Source of the DNA: Octopus sinensis
Lineage: Eukaryota
NCBI RefSeq assembly: GCF_006345805.1
Contig: NC_043011.1
Span: 20,410,464 to 20,474,463, forward strand
Length of the DNA: 64,000 nucleotides
Direction of reading: 5' to 3'
Shown here: positions 52,718 to 64,000 of the stretch, one piece after another
How positions within the stretch are numbered: position 1 is the stretch's first letter
Layout: every line of letters begins with the position of its first letter
The notes under the pieces: generated by a model
What the model saw: the letters and a program-made list of their open reading frames with translations, nothing else
Databases searched by the model: none
Told to the model about the DNA's origin: nothing
Program-made: the position numbers and the translations under genes

Positions 52718-53120
52718 AGGCGCAGGAGTGGCTGTGTGGTAAGTAGCTTGCTAACCAACCACATGGTTCCAGGTTCAGTCCCACTGCGTGGCATCTTGGG
52801 CAAGTGTCTTCTGCTATAGCCCCAGGCCGACCAATGCCTTGTGAGTGGATTTGGTAGACGGAAACTGAAAGAAGCTTGTCGTATATATGTATATATATAT
52901 GTGTGTGTGTGTTTGTGTTTGTCCCCCTAATATTGCTTGACAACCAATGCTGGTGTGTTTACATCCCCGTCACTTAGCGGTTCAGCAAAAGAGACCAATA
53001 GAATAAGTACTGGGCTTACAAAGAAGAAGTCCCGGGGTCGATTTGCTCAACTAAAGGCGGTGCTCCAGCATGGCCACAGTCAAATGACTGAAACAAGTAA
53101 AAGAGTAAAGAGTAAAAGAG
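52718..53120 (+). mobile_element. SINE family A
   Basis: Full match with (AAGAGTA)n tail. Confidence 0.88.
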
Positions 53121-53822
53121 TAGTCCCTTAATATTTTATATTCAATATTTCATCTATTCAATAAGACAATCAATACTTCATTTCATTTTACTATATATAC
53201 TATATATTCTATATCCTACATTAGTATAATAAGAATATGAATAAAGCATAAAAAATAGAGAGAGTTGGAATTCCTTTGAATAATATATATATTATTCAAA
53301 GGAAAGATGGAGATGTATTGTGCAAGAAAATGTTTCATATTTGGTTGATCAAAAATGTAATGGCAAGTATTTATTGACCTCTTTCTTCCAGACAACCCAA
53401 TAGTAAGGATTAAATGCACATATTTAACATAGATTGTTCAACCACTTGAACAGCACTCCTAATAATTGCTATACACCACTTTCCAAAACTCAAGCAGGCT
53501 ATCATAAATATTTCCAGTTAAAATTTGTGTTTGGTGAACATATTTAACATATTTAAAATATGGACGTGAGCACATTAGATTGCAAATTTATGTGAATTTA
53601 AGTATTTATGGCTAACAGAAATAATACTCATTTAATGATTCTTGTGTGGCTGATGCTATTCTAGTTTCAGAGGAAGATTACCATTATTTACACAGTGCAC
53701 AACAGGGAACTAATGACAGATTAATGATACTTGATGGTAGGTTATTGAATACATACAGACATTGGCGTTGTTACTCTATTTATATCATACAAAATTTAAA
53801 ATAAAAGTTATTTTATTGACAA

Positions 53823-54184
53823 CTAGCACTATGACCCAGCAACACCGGGTCATAGTGCTAGTGCATGCATATACAGCTGTGTGCATGCGCACATACACGC
53901 GAGTACTGTCCAAATCTCTGAAAAATCACATACAGCTAGCTGGCATTCAATTGGCGTATCAAGTTTCGGGTATTCTGATTGGGTTTTGGATAGAAAATTC
54001 ATAAAAAAGTCACTTCTATTGATTTTTTAATGGCTTTGTTGGGTGACTAGGGAAATGTAAAGATATGCACAGCTACCCTTGGACAATTTTGAATAACCAT
54101 AGAAAGTGCGAGCCCTCTAATTGAAAAATTGTGGATTTGTATAAAGGACACACACAGACATTTTGCCGTTTATATATATAGAGA
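53823..54184 (-). mobile_element. Non-autonomous Helitron-like element
   Basis: Minus strand A|TCTCTATATA...hairpin...CTAG|T, with a terminal palindrome CTAGCACTATGACCC/GGGTCATAGTGCTAG. Confidence 0.75.
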
Positions 54185-55244
54185 TTAAAACCTTAACTGT
54201 AAGATACCATAGTCTGAAATTTTAGCCAACCAGTAGCTTCCTATGAGGAAGGTTTGGGCATAACCCATAATTTTGAGCTAAAATTGATTTATGTCCCAAC
54301 TTAATTTGTATGTCACTGTAATTTATAGCATAATAGTTTATTTGTTCATCTATCTCACACTTGCTAAATATACACATATATATACATACTTGTATCAAAA
54401 CAATAGATTAGAAAATCTTTGGTATTATTTATTCACCATTACATGTGTTTCATTTGCTAATAGGTGTTACAAAATTGTACATGTAGCAGAAAACATGTAA
54501 GATATCTCCTATTAGAAATTCTTCAGGCAGAGAATCAAATAATATTGAATGATGATGGAATGGAAATATCATAAGAGGGACTTGTCTCTCATAACAGTTC
54601 ACAGTGACTACCCTTCTGGTCTCTGCTGCTTAATAGGAGACAGCCACTCCAAAATGCTTGCATCCAACAGTCAGGTTAAAGGTCGATGTGAGTTGAGGGG
54701 AATATGTTGAATAAAATCATAATTAACTTATCCTTCCATATTTTTATTTTACCGAAAGCCAGGAACTTTTCAGCATCCTCTTGTACATATAAACAAGTAC
54801 TATGTAGAGATATACTCAACCTAGCTATAAAGTGAGGTTATCTAAATGCATAGTTTATAACTGTACTCTCTCTAACTGCTTGTAATTTAAGTACCATATA
54901 ATGATACAGTTCTACAGCTGTGACCTGAACACTTAGCAATAGAAAAAGCACTGCATTAAGTACATTGCCCAGATGTACTTAGCCACCTCGTTCTAAGTAA
55001 GTACAATATGAGTTATAGCTAATTGTTTTACAGTAACAGTGAAAATAACAGTAAAGAAGTATCATATTGAGATTGTTATAGCTGCAGCTGTTATTGTTGT
55101 TGTTAAGCAACAAGACAGGTAAGGGTGATTTCACTGCGTCCGTTCTGTGGGTTGGGGGAGACATCTGGCAGGTCAGGAGCAGAAGTCCACTTTTCCCCGA
55201 TCCGAAGGACAAGGAGAGGGTCACTGACCAGAGTGTCTGGGGAG

Positions 55245-55850
55245 GGGGTTGGCATTTGCATCATCATCATCATTGTTTGACCGTGGTCGAGACAATGGAA
55301 TTTACCATGCTACGCCAGACTTCACGGTCCATCATGGCATTACGGAGGTCCTGTTGCTGGATGCCTGTATCCCTGGAGATTACATCAAGGTAGGAGAGTG
55401 TGCACCCTCTGGTATTGCGAGTAGATGGCTTCCAGAGGAGAAGAGTAGAAATTACCTCTTTTTCAGCTCTACAACAATGTCCAGCAAACTGGACTCTCCT
55501 ACCTTTCACAAGAGATTGCACAGGTGGTAGTTTCCCATATATTTGCATTTTGATTGGATGGCGCTTCCACGAGAGATTTTGAGCTCTCATAAGGAGGCGA
55601 GTGTAGGTTCCATCCAACCTCCTCTCAAGCATTTGCGATGGGTGATGGATCCGTGAACAGACATAGATGACATGCTCCACCGTCTCCTCTCCCACTCAGC
55701 ACTTTCTGCAGGTTCTTGCCGTTCAAGAATTTGGACCTGGAGATCTCCATTTCCAGTGACTTCGAGGGCCACCTCCCAGTGGTGTCGGGTGTCAACAAAG
55801 AGCCCTCAACTACAGCATGATGACCAAAGTATTACTGCAGCTGGGCACCA
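55245..55850 (-). mobile_element. RTE-clade LINE 3' end
   Basis: ORF 55270..55695 (RRLDGTYTRLLMRAQNLSWK...RRVQFAGHC...DREVWRSMV) and an (ATG)n tail. Confidence 0.85.
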
Positions 55851-56239
55851 AGTCAGCACTAATTGAGCAAACATTTGTTTCTAGTCATGGCCATCCCATC
55901 TACTTGCATATCAAGAACTATATTGTCCAATATGTCTTTCTTTTTATAAAATCAGCACATCGAGTGACAATGTAGAAGCTGTCACGTTGGCTCATCTATG
56001 TCAAGTTATTGCTCACTGCAGTACCCTGAAACTGAGTCATAAATAGCTGCCACATAACTGTGTCAGGTGGATAATAGATTTCAATGCATTTAGTGAGAAT
56101 ATCCAATTTGAACTCCTTGCTGCTGTTGTTGTCAGTAAGAGCATTATGATGTAAATCTTCAGCTTTGTTAAAGTTTAATTCCATGTTTAATTCCAGTTTC
56201 ACACAAACTCTGGAACTGAATGTATATATACATCTTTAA

Positions 56240-56460
56240 AGCTAGCAGAAACATTAGCAGGCCGGGCGAAATGCGTAGACGTATTTCGTCTGCTGTTACG
56301 TTCTGAGTTCAAATTCCGCCGGGGTCAACTTTGCCTTTCATCCTTTCGGGGTCGATAAATTAAGTACCAGTTACGCACTGACGTCAATGTAATCGACTTA
56401 ATTCGTTTGTCTGTCCTTGTTTGTCCCCTATATGTTTAGCCCCTTGTGAGCAATAAAGAA
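56240..56460 (+). mobile_element. SINE family B
   Basis: Near full-length match. Confidence 0.8.
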
Positions 56461-57628
56461 ACATATACATCTTTACTCCTGTCTTCACAATCACAACGCG
56501 TGTACACTTGGCCTTAATACACATATTCCGCAATGCCTCGACCCTTTGAGCCTATAAATATGTTTCAGCAGATGCAATTTTCTTTGATTAAACCCTTGGA
56601 AGACACAAAAATGGGTGGCCACATGGATTTGGGTTTAAAACTGAAAATAATGATGTTTCTGCCAAATAGTGACACAAAACCTGACTGTTTGGTTTTGCAT
56701 ACCCTATGGGTATAGTCAAATGAAATCACACCTGCAGAAGTATACTCATGGCCTCAAGGTATTAATGTGTATATTCAATTCTTCATCATATAATAAGAAT
56801 GCTAATTGTAATGATATTAACTGATCATGGTTATGTGTATCTATATGTTTCATCATCATCATCATTTGACGTCTGCTTTCCTTGCTAGCATGGGTTGGAT
56901 GATTTGACTGAGGGCTGGCGAACCAGATGGCCGCACCAGTCTCCAATCTTGATTTGGCAAAGTTTCTACAGCTGGACGCCCTTCCTAACGCCAACCACTC
57001 CAAGAGTGTAGTGGGTGCTTTTACGTGCCACTGGCACAAGGGCCAGTCACGCGGTATTTTTTTTTTTTATTTAGTTTCAGCTCACAAGCTGTGGCCATGC
57101 TGGGGCACCGCCATATATAATTTTTAAAAAATATAAATAAGCAAATGAACATGTACTAAATACACAGGTGATATTTCGTATATGTTCATTTGTCTATTTA
57201 CTACGTTTTTCTTTATTTTATATATATATATAATGAATTCGTAAATATTGTAAAAAACCCTTGTCAAGAAAAAACCCCCAAAAAAACAACCCTGCATAAA
57301 ACCATGCATAAGACCATGTTGCATAAAACCAAGGGGCCACATAAAAAGCATTGGTGTGGGTGCTAGTGCCACATGAAAGGCACTGGTACTGTCACCACAT
57401 AAAGAGTGCTGGTGATGTTGCCATGTAAAAAGTACTGGTGATGGTGCCACATAAAAAGCACCCAGTACACTCTGTAAAGTGGTTGGCATTAAGAAGAACA
57501 TCCAGCCAAAAAAACCAAACCAAAACAGACTATGGGAATCTGGTGCAGCTCCTGGCCTTACCAGTTCCTGTCAAACCATCCAACCCTTGCCAGCATGGAA
57601 AATGGAAAATTAATTATGATGATGATGA

Positions 57629-57991
57629 CTAGCACTATGACCCGGCGGGTCATAGTGCTAGTGCATGCCTAAACAGCTGCGTGCGTGCGTGCATACATAC
57701 ACATGGGTACTATCCAAATCTCCGACCAATCACATACAGCTAGCTGGCATTCAATTGGTGTATTAAGTTTCGGGCATTTTGATTGGGTTTTGGATAGAAA
57801 ATTCACAAAAAAGTCACTTCTACTGATTTTTTTAATGGCTTTGCAGGGTAACTGGGGAAATGTAAAGATGTGTACAACCATCCTTGGACAGTTTTGAATA
57901 ACCATAGAAAGTGCGAGTCCTCTAACTGAAAAATTGTGGATTTGTATAAAGGACACACACGCAGACATTTTGTCGTTTATATATATAGAGA
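57629..57991 (-). mobile_element. Non-autonomous Helitron-like element, second copy
   Basis: Same termini and body as 53823-54184. Confidence 0.75.
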
Positions 57992-58100
57992 TGATGACAA
58001 CAACAACGACGATGACGATGATGATGATGACAACAATGTGGAATGTAGAGTAGAGTTTATATTACTATTTAGTCACAATTCAGTATATTTCTATTTTCAG

Positions 58101-58193
58101 ATGATTAGTTTTGCCAGAAATTGCTCACTTTATACTCACCTTTATACACAACGACTCAACACAGTTGGAAAACAAATTCAAACAGATAATCAG
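58101..58193 (+). CDS. Histidine acid phosphatase exon 5
   Basis: TTTCTATTTTCAG|MISFARNCSLYTHLYTQRLNTVGKQIQTDNQ|GTATTT. It parallels LLKFPLGPCPRYEQLQNE, with the Cys and Tyr conserved. Confidence 0.85.
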
Positions 58194-58259
58194 GTATTTG
58201 ATATCATATTTTTACTTTCATATTTTTTTCTTATGAGACAATTCATTTAAAATATTATA

Positions 58260-58468
58260 TACTCTTTTACTTGTTTCAGTCATTTGACTGTGGCCCTGCT
58301 GGAGCACCACCTTTAGTCGACCAAATCAACCCCAGAGTTTACTCCTTGTAAGCCTAGTACTTATTCTATCGGTCTCTTTTGCCAAACCGCTAAGTTACAG
58401 GGACATAAACACACCAGCATCAGTTGTCAAGCGATGTTGGGTGGACAAACACAGACACACAAACATAT

Positions 58469-58518
<50 letters not shown>

Positions 58519-58678
58519 ATGATGGGCTTCTTTCAGTTTCCGTCTACCAAATCCACTCACAAGGCTTTGGTCGGCCCGAGGCTATAGTGGAAGACACTTG
58601 CCCAAAGTGCCACGCAGTGGGACTGAACCCGGAACCATGTGGTTCATAAGGAAGCTACTTACTACACAGCCACTCCTA
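58260..58678 (-). mobile_element. SINE family A
   Basis: Full match, 67 bp downstream of exon 5. Confidence 0.85.
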
Positions 58679-59127
58679 TATAATTGATATTGTTTTTTAA
58701 AATATTTATTAGTGACAGAGGCTGTTTAGTACTGAGAGGTAATATTTATCCCCATTTAAATGTGGATGTTCTGTTAGAACAAACTATATTGGGGTAGTTA
58801 CCATGAGAGAAACTCTACTTTTAGCTTTTGGTGCAAAATGCACATCTGTTTATATCACTAGTGGGGAGACAAATCCTTGCCACCTCCAGTATCGAGACTA
58901 TCAGATCATGTGATTTCAACCTTCCTTGCTCTTGTCAGTGATGGATTCTCAACTGCTAGAGATAGCAGTAATCTGTCCCCACCATCGATATATAGAATAA
59001 CATGGCCTCAAGAGGTGCTGATGTCACAATTAGCCAGTGAGTTTGTTAAAAGATATTTATAATTGATAGTGTATTTGAGACTAGATGAACATGTTTGCAT
59101 GCATACATGTCATATATATTTGTATAT

Positions 59128-59185
<58 letters not shown>

Positions 59186-59216
59186 CACACACACACAACA
59201 CACACACCTACACACA

Positions 59217-59259
<43 letters not shown>

Positions 59260-59273
59260 CACACACACCACGC

Positions 59274-59318
<45 letters not shown>

Positions 59319-59365
59319 ACAACACACACACACACACACACATACACACACACATGCATACACAC
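59128..59365. repeat. (CA)n compound microsatellite
   Basis: Directly visible. Confidence 0.95.
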
Positions 59366-59598
59366 GTATATATCTTACCCTACATACAACTAGTGTCATA
59401 GACCAAAGTAGTAACAACATCCTAGGAATCTTGCTTTGGTATCTTTTCACCTACGACTTCTTGTGGACCCAGGAAGGTACAGGTCAAAATGCTACAATTG
59501 ACACTGTATATCTGGGATCAGATGATCATTCATACATACATACATGCATACATACGTACATACATACGTACGTACATACGTACAATGTGACCTCATGT

Positions 59599-59790
59599 GT
59601 ACCGTTGGTGATTTTTTTCCCTCTGTCTTCCCTTCTCGGGATCTTTCCTTCTCCTATGTTTCTGACAAAGAGCTCCGCTCGAAACGTTAAACCCTTCTTC
59701 CCTTCTTTCCTGAGCGTCCAATAATACTATATTTGTTCCACGTCTTCGCGTTGTTGTGTATTTTTGTGTTTTCTTGTTTGGATTAACTTT
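59599..59790 (+). mobile_element. Penelope-like solo pseudo-LTR with hammerhead remnant
   Basis: GTTT-CTGACAA-A-GAGCTCCGCTC-GAAA-CGTT-AAAC at 59658-59692. Homologous to 22961-23154. Confidence 0.65.
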
Positions 59791-59861
59791 ACATACATAC
59801 ATACATACATACATAAATGTATGTATGTATGTATGTACATACATATGTACATACATACATA

Positions 59862-60045
59862 TGGGTGTTGAAAAGTTCCTGGCGTTAGGTAAAAGAAAAT
59901 ACAGGAGGATCAGTTAATTATGATTTTATTCAATAGATTCCCCTCTTAAATTCACATACTTATGCAATGGTCCTTCAGTTTTTCTAATCCCAGGAAAAAC
60001 TTGGAAAGTTGGGCCCCCAACCAGGAACTTTTCAGAAACCCCTCG
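59862..60045. mobile_element. mariner-type MITE
   Basis: GAAAAGTTCCTGG / CCAGGAACTTTTC inverted ends with TA flanks. Confidence 0.7.
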
Positions 60046-60113
60046 TATATGCATGCATGCATACGTGTATGTATACATACATACATGCATGCAGGTATAG
60101 ATGTACACATATA

Positions 60114-60284
60114 GGCGCAGGAGTGGCTGTGTGGTAAGTGGCTTGCTTACCAGCTGCATGGTTCCGGGTTCAGTCCCACTGTGTGGCATCTTGGGCAGGT
60201 GTCTTCTGCTGTAGCCCCAGGCCGACCAATGCCTTGTGGGTGGATTTGGTGGACAGAGGCTGAGGGAGGCCTGTCGTGTATATG

Positions 60285-60317
<33 letters not shown>

Positions 60318-60589
60318 TTGTGTGTCTGTGTTTGTCCCCCTAGCATTGCTTGACAACCGATGCTGGTGTGTTTACGTCTCCGTCACTTAGCGGTTCGGCA
60401 AAAGAGACCGATAGAATAAGTACTGAGCTTACAAAGAATAAATCCCGGGGTCGATTTGCTCAACTAAAGGCGGTGCTCCAGCATGGCCGCAGTCAAATGA
60501 CTGAAACAAGTAAAAGAGTAAAGAGTATATCCATGCATGTAGACATACATTTGGTGGACAGAGGCTGAGGGAGGCCTGTCGTGTATATG

Positions 60590-60622
<33 letters not shown>

Positions 60623-61155
60623 TTGTGTGTCTGTGTTTGTCCCCCTAGCATTGCTTGACAACCGATGCTGGTGTGTTTACGTCTCCGTCACTTAGCGGTT
60701 CGGCAAAAGAGACCGATAGAATAAGTAACTGAGTTACAAAGAATAAATCCGGGGTCGATTTGCTCACTAAAGGCGGTTGCTCCAGCATGGCCGCAGTCAA
60801 ATGACTGAAACAAGTAAAAGAGTAAGAGTATATCCATGCATGTAGACATTACTTGGTGGACAGAGGCTGAGGGAGGCCTGTCGTGTATATGTATATATAT
60901 ATTATTGTGTGTGTGTGTGTGTGTGTTTGTGTGTCTGTGTTTGTCCCCCTAGCATTGCTTGACAACCGATGCTGGTGTGTTTACGTCTCCGTCACTTAGC
61001 GGTTCGGCAAAAGAGACCGATAGAATAAGTACTGAGCTTACAAAGAATAAATCCCGGGGTCGATTTGCTCAACTAAAGGCGGTGCTCCAGCATGGCCGCA
61101 GTCAAATGACTGAAACAAGTAAAAGAGTAAAGAGTATATCCATGCATGTAGACAT
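60114..61155 (+). repeat. SINE-A followed by two tandem re-duplications of its 3' ~300 bp
   Basis: The unit TTGGTGGACAGAGGCTGAGGGAGG...CATGCATGTAGACAT occurs three times. Confidence 0.88.
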
Positions 61156-61379
61156 ACATACAAAGAGAGAAAGATGGGACAAGGTACAGATTAAAATGTA
61201 AAGCGAAACACAAAAAGTTGATTTGTACATATTTTATTGACCAGAGAGAAGGAAATTAAAAGTTGAACACAGGATGTAACTTAATAACACAAGACAGTTT
61301 TACTACCGCTCTACTGATTTTTGCCTCTCTCTGCTCTAATTATTGTTTAAAATAATTTTTTTTTTTTTGTGTGTTTTAG

Positions 61380-61466
61380 GACTTCATCAACTTCATCAGT
61401 AACAAAACTGGAGTAGACACAAACCTCAAGAAGATTTGGATGGTAGCAGATACTCTCTCTTGCTGG
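61380..61466 (+). CDS. Histidine acid phosphatase exon 6
   Basis: TTTTGTGTGTTTTAG|DFINFISNKTGVDTNLKKIWMVADTLSCW|GTCAGT. It parallels [30 protein letters not shown]. Confidence 0.92.
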
Positions 61467-61666
61467 GTCAGTTTGCTTGTATTTATATTTGCTTGTATTG
61501 TAAGTGCATGCATGGTTGTGTAGTTAAGATATTTGCTTCCCAACTATATGGTTTCAGGTTCAGTTCCACTGCATGGTACCTTGGCGAGTGTCTTTTACTA
61601 CAGACCTGGGGCTATGCCAAGCCTTTGTGAGTGGATTCGCTTGACAGAAACTGAAAGAACTATGTC

Positions 61667-61704
<38 letters not shown>

Positions 61705-61730
61705 CTGTGTCTCTGTGTGTGTGCGTGTGT

Positions 61731-61764
<34 letters not shown>

Positions 61765-61852
61765 CTTCTATTATAGCCCTATAGCCTCAGGCAAAACTAA
61801 GCCATGCAAGTGGATTTGGCTGATGGAAACTGAAAGAAGCCCATTGTATATG

Positions 61853-61883
<31 letters not shown>

Positions 61884-62782
61884 TTAATGCTTATTTATTC
61901 AGATTCTTTTAAAGACATCCTGCATTATCTCATAGCTTTGAGATTTCAATGATGTGATTGTTCATTTTTAGAATCACATTGTCAACCAGGTATGAGAGGC
62001 TGGATCTAGCCCAATTTGCTGATAAAACAGATAAATATCTGGGCCAGATATAGCCCCGAAAGAGGTAATCTGGCTGGAACTGTCTAATGACCTTCCTCAT
62101 TCCCTCTTTTCTTATTGCAGAAGTCCCAGACTTTTACTCACCCTTCACATTCATCTAATATTTTCTATCTCTCTAACTCCTTTTGAGATAGCTATAGGAC
62201 AGAACAGAGGTATGGTGATGATAATTCTTATCCAATGGGTCCCTAGTTTGCAGATAGGGGAGTAGCCCATAGATTTACATGTTAGCTGCAAATACTCAAT
62301 AAAGAGTCCCAGACAAAATCACTGGTTGCCTTTTGTCAAAGTACAGCACCCGTGAGCCACCCTTCAGGGTCATGATGAAACCCTGAAGCCCTGAAGAGAA
62401 GAGAAATGCCATTATCTTTGGAAAGCAGGGTGGAAATAGGGAACAGAATGCAAGACATAAAATACTTTGTCTTTGGATTTCTTCCTACTTTTCACGGAGC
62501 AAATCACACTTTTATGAATCTTGGCCTGGGAAACCCATCGGTTTGATTAGTGCTGCAATCATCTACAGGGCCTGTGACCATAGACAAGAAATTAAATTAA
62601 CCCTTTAGCTTCCAGTTTTCTGTCAAAAGTAATGCTTCTTTATTCACATTGTTTTGAATTAATCAGGTATTATCACATAGCTTCAAGATTCCAATGATAT
62701 GACTGTTTACTTTTAAAGACTGAGATATCTGGCACCAAACTGTACTCAAGAAGACATGTCTGTCACAGCAGAATTGATAGCA

Positions 62783-63425
62783 GTACTGGTGTCACATAAA
62801 AAGCACTGATGCTGGTGTCACACAATGAGCACTGGTGCTGGTTCCATGTTAAAAGCACAGGTGCTGGTGCCACACAACGAGCACTGGTGCTGGTGCCATG
62901 TTAAAAGCACTGGTGCTGGTTCCACATCAAAAGCACTGGTGCTGGTGCCAAATTAAAAGTACTGGTGCTGGTGCCACATGGAAAAGCACTGGTGCTGGTG
63001 CCAAATTAAAAGTACTGGTGCTGGTGCCACATGGAAAAGCACTGGTGCTGGTGCCACATAACGAGCACTGGTGCTGGCACCATGTTAAAAGCACTGGTGC
63101 TGGTGCCACATAAAAAGCACTGATGCTGGTGCCATGTTAAAAGCACTGGTGCTGGTGTCACATAAAAAGCACTGGTGCTGGTTCCATGTTAAAAGCACTG
63201 GTGCTGGTACCACATCAAAAGCACTGGTGCTGGTGCTACATAAAATGCACCCAATACACTTTATAGAATGGTTGACATGAGGAAGGGTATCCAGCCACAA
63301 AAAAAAAACCATGCCAGAATAGACAATGGTGCTTGATGTGGTCCCTAACCATACCAGCTCTGGTCAAACCATCAAACCATCAAACCCATACCAGCACGGA
63401 AAAACAGACGTTAAATGATGATGAT
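62783..63425 (+). mobile_element. SINE family D with about 18 x 26-bp internal minisatellite (62783-63250)
   Basis: Unit GCCATGTTAAAAGCACTGGTGCTGGT and variants, then GAGGAAGGGTATCCAGCC and a (GAT)n tail. Confidence 0.8.
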
Positions 63426-64000
63426 GATAATGACAATGATTGTAGGGTAGGTGTGAGAGGCCAGATTTAGCTTATTTGAACATAAAACAGATTTAATATT
63501 AGAGCTGGATATAGCCAGCTTAAATACTAAAGATTTACTCAAAAGACATTAATTATATCCAAACAAACTTGACCAAATGGCAACAAAACAGTGGTCCTTA
63601 ACCTTTTTGTAACTCCCTCCTGCGCACTTTCACTGAAAGGCATTTTAGAACAGCTGGTTATTTTAATGAAACAGAACTTAATTATGCGCATTGATTATTA
63701 TTCATTTATTAGTGGTCAGCAAGGACAGTAAGATTTTAGCCATCAACTCATGTGCGACTGAACATCTTTTATCTTTTATATTTTATTTGATGCAGTCGTT
63801 GAACCATGGCCATGCTAGGGCACCACGTGGAAGGGTTTACTCGCCCAAATCAACCCCAGGACTTTTTCTTTCCAAACCTGGTGTTTATTCTATCACTCTC
63901 TTTTACCATACCACTAAGTTACAGGGATGTAAGCAAACCAACAGCAGTTGTCAAGTGGTGAAAGGAACACACACAATCTCACACACATAGACACATACAC

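Noticed and set aside
53671-53736. Extra 66-nt exon of the phosphatase gene (TTTCAG...GTAGGT)
   Set aside because: It has a TAA stop in the required phase 0 and no family similarity. Exons 4 and 5 already join collinearly.
62783-63250. CRISPR-like repeat/spacer appearance
   Set aside because: The variable parts are only 8-9 nt and recur, there are no cas genes, and the array lies inside a eukaryotic SINE.

Overview
AT-rich, repeat-saturated eukaryotic DNA. It is most likely from an octopus or other coleoid cephalopod; this is inferred from the tRNA-derived SINE families and the very high microsatellite density, not from a database search. One host gene can be reconstructed, which the ORF track shows only in fragments. 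It is a + strand histidine acid phosphatase (lysosomal/prostatic ACP2/ACP3-like), with six phase-0 coding exons at 27563-27655, 40852-40938, 45713-45796, 47899-48045, 58101-58193 and 61380-61466. These encode 197 aa, including a signal peptide and an RHGDRT motif. The gene continues past the window end. The rest is a dense layer of mobile DNA: pogo, mariner, hAT/Buster, piggyBac-like and Merlin-like MITEs, Helitrons, a Gypsy-like integrase remnant, RTE and CR1 LINEs, Penelope-like elements, at least five SINE families (labelled A-E here) and microsatellites. The most notable structures are a Penelope-type fold-back with an intact hammerhead ribozyme core (50990-51309), a 540-bp inverted 13-mer array, an integrase remnant flanked by both inverted and direct repeats, and inverted SINE pairs around the phase-0 exons. 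No new system can be established from sequence alone. Most SINE and LINE boundaries are approximate (about +/-20 bp). Exon, TIR and TSD coordinates were counted by hand.
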